A DNA stretch of 64,000 nt. Source: Pristiophorus japonicus. Its lineage: Eukaryota. The position numbers and the translations under genes were made by a program. Position 1 is the stretch's first letter. Each line of letters starts with the position of its first letter. Where the stretch lies: assembly GCF_044704955.1 (NCBI RefSeq), contig NC_091983.1, positions 193,750,001-193,814,000 of the forward strand, read 5' to 3'. This document shows, piece by piece, positions 1-12,895 of this stretch. The notes beneath the pieces were generated by a model. It was not told where the DNA came from. It worked only from the letters and a program-made list of their open reading frames with translations, and ran no database searches.

Positions 1-384
1 CAATTGGAAAAAACTCTTTCACACCAACACCATTTCTATTCACGTCAATGGAGATTTATGTTAAAATTGAGATATCAAGGCGACTGACAAGACCAATAAT
101 GCAGGTTGAAATCAATTAAAAGAAAAAGGTACGGCAGTAATAATTACATGACACCAAGCCTAGGTTTTAAAATCTGATGATTGTTGGAGGAAAAGTCTGA
201 GGGAGGCAAGGAGTTCCACAGTTTTCAGATTCTAGGAAAAATATAGTTGAATTGATAAACAATGATTCTGGAAGATTTTCTTTGCCCTCCCAATCCCAAA
301 GCGATTTTTCTTCCCTTCCCACCTGGAGTCCAGACATGGAGTGTCTTTTTTCCAATACCAGAATTAATTAGCTATTATTCATAT

Positions 385-495
385 TTCCTACATTACAACA
401 GTGACTACGTTTCAAAAGTACATCATTGGCTGTTATGCACTTTGGACATGCCGAAGTCGTGAAAGGCACTATATAAATGCAAATTCTTTCTTTCA
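385..495 (+). mobile_element. 3' tail of a Deu-SINE (SacSINE1/AmnSINE-like)
   Basis: acagtgactac..tcaaaagtac..cattggctgt...gtgaaaggcactatataaatgcaa..tctttcttt tail. Confidence 0.7.
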
Positions 496-1055
496 TATGC
501 AAGACTTGAAAGTGTGTCAGCAGACTATTGACTAAAAGGGCATCCAGATGTAGTCCAATTATGTCCTTACCAGATGTCTGCATGTACACACTTCAAGCAG
601 GGATCGCTGCATAAATAAACAGGAGAGAACTCCAGCAGAATTTCTCATCTCAAGTGAGGTCAACTGTAGAACATCTATTCTTACTCCACAAGTGAAAAGA
701 TGCCTTAAAGTCACTGGACTAGTTTCATCAGTTTCCAGAGGTAAAGGAGTGTGCTAACTAATTGTAATACCTCTATCTAGATATTTTCAGAATTCATGCA
801 TTTATAGCTATTGCACTGAAATATTAAAACCAACTTGAAAGGTGTATTATATACAATCATGATTTCCCAGGAAAATGGAGTTTAAATCTCAGGATAAAAC
901 AGGACAACAAATACTGCTCTCTGATGGCTCTAGTCTGTGGGAACTAAAAACAAAATGCCCATACTGAAGTCAGCATTACAAAACTAACTATAATTCCGAA
1001 GTTGAAGACTCATTTTACCCGGTAGTTTGTATTAGAAATTAAAATGCAGGACTAG

Positions 1056-2135
1056 AACATAAGAAATAGGAACAGGAGTAGGCCATATGGCCCCTCAAGC
1101 AGGCTCCGCCATTCAATAAGATCATGGCTGATCTGATCATGGACTCAGTTCCACTTCCCTGCCCGCTCCACATAAATTTATTCAAACGATAAGAGGTTAA
1201 GACAGAAATACAGTTGCTCAATGTCCCAGTATCCACAGCTCTCTGAGGCAGCGAATTCCACAGATTTACAACCCTCAGAAGAAATTTCTCCTAATCTCAG
1301 TTTTAAATGGGCGGCACATTATTCTAAGATCATGCCCTCTAGTTCTAGTCTCCCCCATCAGTGGAAACATCCTCTCTGCATCCAACTTGTCAAGCCCCCT
1401 CATAATCTTATACATTTCGATAAGATTCTTCTGAATTTCAATGAGTAGAGGCCCAACCTACTAAATCTTTCCTTATAAAAGTCAACCCCCTCATCCCCGG
1501 AAGTGAACCTTCTCTGAACTATCTCCAAAGCAAGTATATCCTTTGCTAAATATGGCCACACCAATACCTTATATAGCTGTAGCAAGACTTCCCTGCTTTT
1601 ATACTCCATCCCCTTTGCAATAAAGGCCAAGATACCATTGGCCTTCCTGATCACTTGCTGTACCTGCATACTAACCTTTTGTGTTTCATGCACAAGTACC
1701 CCCAAGTCCTGCTGCACTTGGCAATCTTTCTCCATTTAAATAATTATTTGCTCTTTGATTTTTTTTCTGCCAAAGTGCATGACCTCACACTTTCCAACAT
1801 TATACTCCATCTGCCAAATTTTTGCCCACTCACTTAGCCTGTCTATGTCCTTCTGCAGATTTTGTGTGTCATCACACATCGCTTTTCCTCCCATCTTTGT
1901 ATCGTCAGCAAACTTGGCTACGTTACACTCAGTCCCTTCTTCCAAGTCGTTAATATAGATTGTAAATAGTTGGGGTCCCAGCACTAATCCCTGCAGCACC
2001 CCACTAGTTACTGGTTGCCAACCAGAGAATGAACCATTTATCCCAACTGTTAGTTAGCCAATCCTCTATCCATGCTAATATATTAACTCCAACCCCGTGA
2101 ACTTTTATCTTGTGCAGCAACCTTTTATGTGACAC
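1056..2135 (-). mobile_element. CR1 LINE 3' fragment (subfamily A), internally deleted
   Basis: RT motifs ([19 protein letters not shown]) in ORFs 1400-1999, with a cataagaa tail. Confidence 0.92.
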
Positions 2136-2308
2136 TGCAGTTAGGGTCGCTCTTTTCAGACTGAGGCACTATGTTGAGATAATGTCGCAATGTCAAACTG
2201 GATCAGACCACATCATATAAAAACCAATGGGTGAAAGCACTTGGAAAGCAAATTCTGTGTATTTTTAATAAATACTCAATTTCCACCTTAGGTGAAAGTT
2301 CTTTATAC

Positions 2309-2453
2309 CTTCTCAGAGTGTTTGAATTGTCTCCAGAAGCTGTCATATATTCTTTTTGTAGTCTTCGCTGGAGAGCAGACTACAGTTTTTATATAAACTT
2401 TAAAGTTCCGATCCAACAGATGATTAATTTCACCATAGTCATAGTCATCATAC
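2309..2453 (-). CDS. SESN1: Sestrin-1 penultimate exon, [48 protein letters not shown]
   Basis: gtgacag acceptor, gtataa donor, 145 nt, phase 2/0. The final exon (VHVNLLL...) was not found in the window. Confidence 0.96.
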
Positions 2454-2535
2454 CTGTCACAAATAAACTGATAAGATTAGCTTTATGGAATCAATTGCTG
2501 TATTTCAGAATTATACAGAATTTTTGCAAACTGAC

Positions 2536-2726
2536 CTTATTCCAAACATGCAATGGATGTAGTTCCAGATGGCTCGTCTGAGCATTGAGGTATCGACATC
2601 TTTATGCATTGCCATAGTGTTGTAAGTCAGGTTGTAAACTATCTGAAACTTTTCATCCAATAGCTGACCAACATCTGGGTAAAGACGGTTAACTAGGGAG
2701 TACCCATGATCTTCCCAAGTATAATC
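2536..2726 (-). CDS. SESN1: Sestrin-1 exon, [27 protein letters not shown]...[32 protein letters not shown]
   Basis: ctttgcacag acceptor, gtcagt donor, 191 nt, phase 0/2. Contains leucine-pocket residues. Confidence 0.97.
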
Positions 2727-3504
2727 CTGTGCAAAGATTAAAATGCAAAAATAGATTTGGTATTAACAAAACTGTACCAATTCCATGAATAACAAGTACA
2801 AGACAGCAAGAAATTTATGAAGAAATAAGTACTACCCATTCACAGGCCAGGACTATAGTATATAGTCTAAAGCATTTATTGGTCATATTATTAACCCATA
2901 GCACACCCCATTATCCACTCTGGATTGATAAGGTCAGCAAGCTAAAGGGTAAACTACCATGAATTTGGCATTGAAATAAAGTACCATTATGTCCCCCCTG
3001 CTGAATAAGTTGGAGATCTTCCTATAATATTCTAACATTGGAATCACATTGCAAAAATGAGAAGGCCAGCCCACCTCACTACATTAGTGATCTTGCAAGT
3101 CACCGTCTCCAAGTAAGGGACACCATTCCTCAGTAGGTCAAGACAAGGACTATGCAATGCCAACATTTCTCTCAATCACAAGCAGCACATCTACAGGCAT
3201 TCCCTGGCATTTGACTCATCAGTCAACAATATAAAGCCACAATACTTGCAAATTGATCACCTGAAATGATTCTATAGACTGTTCATCACCAATGTTCCAA
3301 ACAGTCCCTGACATCTGGGCAATAAAAAAAAATCACTCAGGAGATTTGAAATTGTCCCAGTGTAGCTTGATTTTTCCTTCCTTTCTGGTAGGGAAAGGGT
3401 TCATGAAGGAGAAGAAAGAGAGACAATCACCTAGTCTTTGCTCAGCATCTCACCCCAGTGACATGGCTAGATTGAGAAATCAAGGACACAGGCCCATGTC
3501 CTAT

Positions 3505-5925
3505 ACCTGATGGCTTGCATCCTAGGGTCAAGAGAAGTAGCGGCAGAGATAGTGGATGCAATGGTTGTAATTTGCCAAAATTCCCTAGATTCTGGAGAGG
3601 TCCCAGCAGATTGGAAAACTGCAAATGTAACGCCCCTATTTAAAAAATGAGGCAGACAAAAAGCAGGAAACTATCGACCAGTTAGCCTAACATCTGTGGT
3701 TGGGAAAATGTTGGAGTCTATTATTAAAGCAGTAGCAAGACATTTGGAAAAGCAAAATTCGGTCAGGAAGTCAGCATGGATTTATGAAGGGGAAGTCATG
3801 TTTGACAAATTTGCTGGAGTTCCTCGAGGATATAACGAACAGGGTGGATAAAGGGGAACCAGTGGATGTGGTGTATTTGAACTTCCAGAAGGCATTTGAC
3901 AAGGTACCACATAAAAGGTTACTGCACAAGATAAATGTTCACGGGGTTGAGGGTAATATATTAGCATGGATGGAGGATTGGCTAACTAACAGAACAGAGA
4001 GTCGGGATAAATGGTTCATTCTCTGGTTGGCAACCAGTTACTATGGGGTGCCGCAGCAATCAGTGCTGGGGCCCCAACTATTTACAATATACATTAATGA
4101 TTTAGATGAAGGAATTGAGTGTAATATCTCCAAGTTTGCAGATGACACTAAACTGGGTGGCGGTGTGAGCTGTGAGGACGACGCTAAGAGGCTGCAGGGT
4201 GATTTGGACAGGTTATGTGAATGGGCAAATGCATTGCAGATGCAGTATAATGTGGATAAATGTGAGGTTATCCACTTTGGGGGCAAAAACACGGAGGAAG
4301 AATATTATCTGAATGGTGGCAGATTAGGAAAGGGGGAGGTGCAACGAGACCTGGGTGTCATGGTAAATCAGTCATTGAAAGTTGGCATGCAGATACAGCA
4401 GGCGGTGAAGGCGGCAAATGGTATGTTGGCCTTCATAGCCAGGGGAATTGAGTATAGGAGCAGGGAGGTCTTACTGCAGTTGTACAGGGCCTTGGTGAGG
4501 CCTCACCTGGAATATTGTGTTCAGTTTTGATCTCCTAATCTGAGGAAGGAGATCTCTTGCTATTGAGAGAGTGCAGCGAAGGTTCACCAGACTGATTCCC
4601 GGGATGGCAGGACTGACATATGAGGAGAGACTGGATCGACTTGGCCTGTATTCACTGGAGTTTAGAAGGATGAGAGGGGATCTCATAGAAACATATAAAA
4701 TTCTGACGGGACTAGACAGGTTAGATGCAGGAAGAATGTTTCCGATGTTGGGAAAGTCCAGAACCAGGGGACACAGTCTAAGGATAAGGGGTAAGCCATT
4801 TAGGACTGTGATGAGGAGAAATTTCTTCACTCAGAGTTGTTAACCTGTGGAATTCCCTACCGCAGAGAGTTGTTGATGCCAGTTCATTGGATATATTCAA
4901 GAGGGAGTTAGATATGGCCCTTATGGCTAAAGAGATCAAGGGGTATGGAGAGAAAGCAGGAAAGGGGTACCGAGGTGAAGGATCAGCCATGATCTTATTG
5001 AATGGTAGGACAGGCTCGAAGGGCCGAATGGCCTATTCCTGCACCTATTTTCTATGTTTTTATGACAGGCTAAGTGAGTGGGCAAAAATTTGGCAGATGG
5101 AGGATAAGGTCGGAAAGTGTGAGGTCATGCACTTTGGCAGAAAAAAAATAAAAGAGCAAGTTATTATTAAATGGAGAAAGATAGCAAAGTGCTGCAGTAC
5201 AGCGTGACCTGGGGATACTTGTGAATGAAACACAAAAGGGTAGTATGCAGGTACAGCAAGTGATCAGGAAGGCCAATGGTATTTTTGCCTTGATTGCAAA
5301 GGGGATGGAGTATAAAAGCAGGGAAGTCTTGCTATAGCTATATAAAAGGTATTGGTGAGGTCACACCTGGAATACTGTGTGCAGTTTTGGTTTCCATATT
5401 TACAAAAGGATATACTTGCTTTGGAGGCAGTTCAGAGAAGGTTCACTAGGTTGATTCTGGGGTTGAGGGGGTTGACTTATGATGAAAGCTTGAGTAGGTT
5501 GGGCCTCTACTCATTGGAATTCAGAAGAATGAGAGGTGATCTTATCGAAACGTATAAGATTATGAGGGGGTTTGACAAGGTGGATGCAGAGAGGATGTTT
5601 CCACTGATGGGGGAGACTAGAACTAGAGTGCATGATCTTGGAATAAGGGGCCGCCCATTTAAAAGAGAGATGAGGAGAAATTTCTTCTCCCAGAGGGTTG
5701 TAAATCTGTGGAATTCACTGCCTCAGAGAGCTGTGGATGTTGGGACATTGAATAAATTTAAGACAGAAATAGACAGTTTCTTAAACGATAAGCGGATAAG
5801 AGGTTATGGGGAGCTGGCGGGGAAGTGGAGTTGAGTCCATGATCAGATCAGCCATGATCTTATTAAATGGCGGAGGAGGCTCGAGGGGCCGTATGACCTA
5901 CTCCTGTTCCTATTTCTTATGTTAA
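3505..5925 (+). mobile_element. Composite CR1: subfamily A host with a subfamily B copy at about 4085-5062
   Basis: RT ORFs 3784-4530 and 5352-5834. Two 3' tails, at about 5050-5062 (tttctatg) and about 5915-5923 (ttcttatg). Confidence 0.92.
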
Positions 5926-5995
5926 CTCTGGCACAGCTAACTGGTACATCATAGATCCAACATTGGAGACCAATAAAAATATTTTAGAATTTTAC

Positions 5996-6111
5996 CTGAG
6001 CTCGAAACGTGGGCACATTTTGCTCGCCATGTCTGGAAAAGTCTTTGTAACCATAGCTTGGATCTTCAAAATGACGAGAAACATCCCTTGTGTCTACTGA
6101 TTCTTCATCTT
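5996..6111 (-). CDS. SESN1: Sestrin-1 exon, [39 protein letters not shown]
   Basis: ctaccccag acceptor, gtaaaa donor, 116 nt, phase 1/0. Confidence 0.95.
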
Positions 6112-6708
6112 CTGGGGTAGAAACAAAATCAGAGACTGATGTTGCCATTCAATTACCATGGAATCCACTTTCCCACTTAGTATTTGACTTTCACTGCCCT
6201 AGCCTTTAAAGGCACGAGTGTGCAAGTTTTATTCTTTTCACTTACCCGATAGCGCACACAATGGAGTTTCACAAGCCATGTGTTAAGTTTAAATGAAAAA
6301 GTTTACATTATTTTGCATACATCTCAGGCAGTATATTCTAACAGACCCCGATGATCTCATTTAGGACCTACTCATCAATGCGACAACGGAGCTAAGAAAA
6401 GGCTTAATGTGGAAATAAAATGGTGTTCATGGAGCTTTATCGGTAAGACTGCAAGGGCTTGGGATTCCATATGGCCTACAGGCCTTATTTTTGGACCCTC
6501 CTGCTCCAAATATTTGCATCTTGTTCTTGTAAAGATTTTCTCTTACAGTTTTTACCTGCAAAATGTTCTCTATTGTTGGAAGTGTCTATATTGAGTAAAC
6601 ATCTGCAGTACCATATAAGCTGCATCATATAATTGTAAGCAGAATATTTAACTAAGGTAACTACAAATCAACATTAACGATATTTCAACACAATTATCTT
6701 ATTCTCAC

Positions 6709-6856
6709 CTGTTGGTGCTACATAGAGACTCTCCATCTTTTCTCTCTCAAATCGTGTTGCCATTTCCTCTTGGCTTGCCTCCTCTTCATCTCTACATTCT
6801 TGTAGCCGTTTCATTTTTTCCATCAGAGCTTCCACCTCACAAGCAGTTTCTGTGCC
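6709..6856 (-). CDS. SESN1: Sestrin-1 exon, [49 protein letters not shown]
   Basis: tatagcag acceptor (NAGNAG), gtgaga donor, 148 nt, phase 0/1. Confidence 0.95.
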
Positions 6857-7396
6857 CTGCTATAAGTAGACAGACCATTTCCATTGTACTCTAAAAATGA
6901 TTGGCTGCATGACTTAAATAAATGATGGAGTACTATGTGATGACACTCAACTTTGCAGCTGAAATCACTAGGCTTAGTCTTGATAAGATTTTGGTTTGGC
7001 TTTTTCATTACCAATGCACAGACTGCCTTTATGCACATTTAAAAAAGGCAATATCCTCATCACAATCTTTTTTTGCAACAGTTGGGGCAGGGTGGGGTGG
7101 AGGAAAATGAAGAAAAATCCTGTAGTACACGTGGAAAAAAAAAAGGCCTGATGTATACTCATTTAAACACATGGGAACATATAAAAGGAAGCTAGTGTTC
7201 TATCTGCAATACTGGTGCACAGAAGTAAACCATTTCACATATTCTTAATGTTTCCAAAATTTACAGGAATAGTTATTTTAAATTAAGCTTCAACTTAAGT
7301 TTTTATTGGAATAATCCATCATCTAAATGGTCTTTTGGCTTATGTGCTGTCATTTAAATAAGATGGGGAAAAAAGACTCAATATTTCTTAACTTAC

Positions 7397-7636
7397 TTCA
7401 CTTTCTTCTTGGCCATTCAGTAGACTTTCCACATCATTATTGCCATTTGTAAAATCACATACATAGCAACTACCAACAGAAGGGAGTCGGAAAGTGTGGC
7501 CTCCATCACAATGTATTTCAGGGTTGATACCACAGCCATACGTGAAAGATGCAAGAGAATGATAGTGTGTGAGCAGTACAACCACATGTACCAACTCAGC
7601 CAGTGACCAGCCGTGCTCTTCAGCCTTTAGGAGTTT
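7397..7636 (-). CDS. SESN1: Sestrin-1 exon, [49 protein letters not shown]...EESE
   Basis: tttatttacag acceptor, gtaagt donor, 240 nt. Carries the SESN1-type [11 protein letters not shown] segment. Confidence 0.97.
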
Positions 7637-7989
7637 CTGTAAATAAAGATAAGAAATTGCGTTAATGGTAATGCCACAAGCTATAGTTTCATTTCATTCT
7701 TTAAACTTCTCAGGCGGTTTGGTCCCTCTAAATTGATTTGTACTTCTTCACTGGTAAAGTTAATGGCACGAGATTTTGGTTCCATTCCCTAGGAAATGTG
7801 TTAATACATTTTTCATGATCAATAAAAAAGAAAAATACTATTAAATCTTTCCATCAAAGGCATTCTTTTCTCTGATTCCTATAAATGAATCTGCATGATG
7901 TTGTAGTGTAGAACTCCTGCTCAACGCCTACAGTGAATTTGATGAAGGTTAATGCTCTGAGCGAAGGGAAAGGGGTGGATGTAGATGTA

Positions 7990-8278
7990 GAAAGAAACAA
8001 ACTTGCATTAATATAGCGCCTTATCACATGTCTCAGAAGTGCTTTACAAATAATGGTTTACTTTCTGGTACAATCATTGCATTGGAAGTACACAGCAGCC
8101 AACTTGCCCACAGCAAGGTTCTACAATTAGAAAATGAAGACAGCACTTCAAACAATGCAGTACTCCCACAGTACTGCCCTGATACATCATTTATGTGCTT
8201 AAGTCTTATGGTGGAGCGTGAACCTGCAACCACTTGACTCAGAAGCCTGGGTACTACCAAAGAGCCAAGCCTGACATT
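7990..8278 (-). mobile_element. tRNA-derived Deu-SINE (SacSINE1-like), degenerate
   Basis: Tail gaaagaaa..cttgcatt.atatagcgcc, Deu-like core gcagccaa..tgc.cacagcaag, and a tRNA-like head at 8200-8278. Confidence 0.7.
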
Positions 8279-8489
8279 GAGGAAAGATAATTTGGAAGCA
8301 ATATGTAAAGAAGTATTTTGAGATATCATAACAAAACCATAAAAATGTATATATTCTGTACATTTTTAAAACCTCTTCGGCCAGTGGTTTCTGTACATGC
8401 AAGTCTCCACAAAGTAACGTTGCTATAACTGTTATCTGGAGTTCCAAAATCACAAATACGTGATCAAGAAACAATAACTGTAGCTTACG

Positions 8490-11400
8490 TTTATACAGGA
8501 GGAGGCTGCGACACCAGAGCAGGAGCAGAGCGAGAGCAGGAGTGGTCCTAAGAGGAGCAGGAGCGATGATAAAAGGAGCGCGGAGTGCAAGCCAGAGACC
8601 AGAGGAGGCAGCGGACCTGGGCGAGACCAGAGCAGGAGCAACTCAATAGAGGCAGAATTCAACAAAGTGACGTCAGAGTAGAAAAAGTGACGTCGGCACA
8701 AGGGAAGGAGCTGATTGGTGAGTAGCTGGTGGGTGTTTTTTGTTATGTTTTAAGTTTATTTCTGTTGGGTTAGTTCTTAGTCTATTAAATAGAGGGATGG
8801 CAGGGCAGCTCAGTCCCATGGAGTGCACATCCTGTGCCACGTGGGAAATCCTGGATGCTTCGCGTAGCCTAGACGACATGTGCAGGAAGTGTTACCAGCT
8901 AAAGCAACTCGAGCTCCGCGTTTTGGAGCTTGACCGCCGGCTGGAGTCACTGCGGTGCATCCGCGAGACACAGAATTTCGTGGATAGCACATTTCTAGAG
9001 GTGGTCACCCTGCAGCTTAAAAGTTTGCAGGCAGCAAGGAAATGGCTGACCGCCAGACAGAAGAGGAGGACTAGGCAGATAGTGCAGGAGTCCCGGAGTC
9101 CATCTCGCTCTCCAACCAGTATTCTGATCTCCGTACTGGCGAGGGCGATGGTGCCTCTGGGGAGTGCAGCCAGAGCCAAGTCCACAGCATGATGGGTGGC
9201 TCAGCTGCACAGGAAGAAGAGTGAGCAACAGTGGTAGGGGATTCGATAGTCAGAGGAGCAGACAGGTGTTTCTGCGGCCACAGACGTGACTCCAGGATGG
9301 TTTATTGCCTCCCTGGTGCCAGGGTCAAGGGTGTCACTGAGCGGCTGCAAGACATTCTGGAAGGCGAGTGTGAACAGCCAGAGATCGTGGTTCATATTGG
9401 TACCAATGACATAGGTAGAAAGAGGGATGAGGTCCTGCAGGCAGAGTTTAGGGAGCTATGAGATCGATCAAAAAGCAGGACCTCAAAAAGGTAGTAATCT
9501 CTGGATTACTGTTAGTGCCATGTGCTAGAGTACAGAATTAGGAGGATAGAGGTGAATGTGTGGCTGGAGAGATGGTGCAGGCGGGAGGGCTTTAGATTCC
9601 TGAAGTATTGGGACCGTTTCTGCGAGAGGTGGGACCTGTACAAGCCGAATGGGTTGCATCTCACCAGAGCCGGGACCAGTATCCTCGCAGGAGGGCTTGC
9701 TAGTGCAGTTGAGGAGGGTTTAAACTAGCTTGGCAGGGGGATGGGAACCGGAGAATAGATTCAGTGGGGAGACAAGCAGAGCTGGAATTGGGCAGCAGAA
9801 AAGTAGAAAGTGAATTTGGAAGACAGAGGAAACAAGGGCTGGAAAATAGACAACAAGGGAGTTTGGCACCATTAATGGTATATATTTTAATGCAAGGAGT
9901 ATAGGGAATATGGCAGATGAGGTGAAAGAACAGATAGATACTGGGAAGTATGGTATAGCTATTACTGAGACATGGCTAAAAGGGCCGGTATGGCAGCTTA
10001 ACATTGCTGGTTATAGGGTTTTCAGGCGGGTTAGAGAAGGGTGGTAAAAAAGGAGGGGGGGGGGGGGCGGTTGCAGTATTAATTAAAGAAACAATTACAG
10101 CTGTGAGAAGGGTTGATATATTAGAGGGATCATCAAACGAGGCCATATGGGTTGAATTAAAGAACAAAAAAGGGGCGATCATACTACTGGGACTGTACTA
10201 TATACCCCCAGTCAGAGGGAGATAGAAGAACAAATATGTGCGCAAATTGCTGCAAAGTGCAAAAACTAGAGCTGTAATATTGGGGGATTTCAATTACTCT
10301 ACTATTAACTGAAAAAAAGTAGTGTGAATGGTACAGGGGTACTGAATTCCTAAAATGCATTCAGGAGAACTTCTTTAGCCAGTATGTAACAAGCCCAAGG
10401 GAGGGGGCAGTTCTGGACTTGGCTTTGGGGAATGAAGAGGGGCAGGTAGAAGGGGCATCAGTGGGAGAGCATTTTGGTGCTAGTGATCATAATTCAGTAA
10501 GATTTAGGGTAGTTATGGAAAAGGACAAAGGTGGACCAGGAATAAAATTCTCAATTGGGGTAAAGCCAATTTTGCTGATTTGCGATGGGATTTGGCCAAA
10601 GTGGACTGGAAACAGTTACTTGATGGTAAATCAGTTTCAGAGCAGTGAGACACATTCAAGGAGGAGACCCTGAGGGTACAGAGCATGTATGTTCCCTTAA
10701 GGAAAAAGGGTGGAACTAACAAATCTAGAGCTCCCTGGATGTCAAGGGACATACAAGGTAAGATAAAGAAAAAAGGGAAGCATATGACAGATACAGAGAA
10801 CTCATTACTGCAGAAATTGCGCAGGGGTGCAATTAAAAAAAAGATATCAGGAAAGCAAAGAGAGAGCATGAAAGAATGTTGGCAAGTAAAATCAGAGAAA
10901 ACCCAAAGATATTTTATAAATATATTAAGAGCAAGAGGATAACTAGAGAAAGAGTGAGGCCTATTAGAGACCATAAAGGAAATCTGTGTGTGGAAGCAGA
11001 AGACGTGGGTATGATTCTTAATGAATACTTTGCATCTGTTTTCATACAAGAGAGGGGTAATGCAGACTTTGCAATGAGGGAGGAGGAGTATGAAATTATT
11101 AGACGAGCTAAACATAGTGAGAGAGGAAGTATTAAGGGGTTTAGCAGCTTTGAAAGTGGCTAAGTCCCCCAGGCTCCGATGAAATGTATTCCAGGTTGTT
11201 AAGAGAAGCAAATGAGGAAATAGCAGAGGCTCTGACCATCATTTTCCAGTCCTTCCTGACTGCAGGTGTGGTGCCAGAGGACTGCTAATGTTGTACCTTT
11301 GTTTAAAAAGGGAGAAAGGAATAGACTGAGTAATTACAGGCCAGTCAGCCCTACCCCAGTGGTGGGAAAATTATTGGAAAAAAGCCTGAGGGACAGGATA

Positions 11401-12672
11401 AATCTTCATTTGGAAAGACATGGATTAATCAAGGACAGTCAGCATGGATTTGTTAAGGGAAGGTCATGTCTGACTAATTTGATTGAGTTTTGCAAGGAGG
11501 TAACCAAGAGGTTCAATGAGGGCAGTGTGTATGATATAGTGTATATGGATTTTAGCAAAGCTTTTGATAAGGTCCCACATGGCAGACTGGTCATGAAAGT
11601 AAAAGCCCATGGAATCCACTGCAAAGTGGCAAGTTGGATCCAAAATTGGCTCAGAGGCAGGAAACAATGGGTAATAGTTAATGGGTGTTTTTGTGACTGG
11701 AAGGCTGTATCCAGTAGGGTTCCGCAAGGCTCCTTGCTTTTTATGGTATATATCAATGACTTGGACTTGAATGTTGGGGGTATGATTAAGAAGTTTGCAG
11801 ATGACTCTAAAATGGCTGTGTGGTTGATAATGAAGAAGAAAGCTGCAGACTGCAGGAAGATATCAATGTACTGGTCAGGTGGGCAGAACAGTGGCAAATG
11901 GAATTTAATCCGGGTAAGTGTGAGGTAATGCATTTGAGGAGGTCAAACAAGGCAATTGAAAGTGTAGTGGAACAAAGGGAACTTGGCGTGCAGGTCCACA
12001 GATCCCTGAAGGTAGCAGGCCAGGTAGATAAGGTGGTTAAGAAGACATATGGAATACTGGCCTTTATTAGTCGAGGCATGGAATACAAGAGCAGGGATGT
12101 TATGCTTGAATTGTATAAAACACTGGTTAGGCTGCAGCTGGAGTACTGTGTGCAGTTCCAGTCACCACATTACTGGAAAGATGTGATTGCACTACGAGGA
12201 GATTTACAAGAATGTTGCCTGGACTGGAGAATTTGGCTATGAGGAAAGATTGGAGATGCTGGGTCTGTTTTCTTTGGAACAGAGGAAGCTGAGGGGAGAC
12301 CTGATTGAGGTGTATAAAAATGAGAGGCCTGGATAGAGTAGCTAGGAAGGACCTGTTTCCCTTGGCAGAGGGGTCAACAACCAGGGGGCATAGATTTAAA
12401 GTAACTGCAAGGAGGCATAGAGGATATATGAGGGAAAATGTATTCACCTAGAGGGTGGTGGGGGTCTGGAACTCACTGCCTGAAAGGGCAATAGAGGCAG
12501 AAAGCCTCACATTAAAAAAATTCTCGAATGTGCACTTAAAGTGCCGTAACTTACAAGGCTACGGACCAGAGCTGGAAAGTGGGAATAGGCTTAGGTAGGT
12601 TTTAGTCGGCCGGTGTGGACAGGATGGGCCGAAATGGCCTCATTCCGAGCTGTAAATTTCTATGATTCTATT
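8490..12672 (+). mobile_element. Near full-length degenerate CR1 (subfamily C)
   Basis: ORF1 has CxxC/CxxC plus a leucine zipper and an SGNH esterase (VGDSIVRG, HIGTNDIG). ORF2 APE/RT is fragmented. ttctatgattctat tail. Confidence 0.93.
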
Positions 12673-12895
12673 TCTTTAGTGTATCAAAATATCCGAGTTG
12701 GGGGGATCAGACAGAATAAGGGGAAAATTTGTGAAAGCACAAAGATCTATTTTTAAAGAAATCTTTTGGAAGGAGGGGAGAGATACGACAAGCTGGAAGG
12801 GTTTAGGGGAACAGTGGGAGAGCAAGCTGGCGGAAAACAGCGGTACGGCAAATAGGTGAAATTCAAGTGTAGGCTGAAATCAGAGGATCACTCAC

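Noticed and set aside
1-2300. Final SESN1 exon and stop codon
   Set aside because: No VHVNLLL/EAR-like coding sequence was found. It is presumably beyond the window edge.
2231-2581. 116-aa plus-strand ORF overlapping SESN1 exons
   Set aside because: It has a GTG start, is antisense to real exons, and has no recognisable domain.
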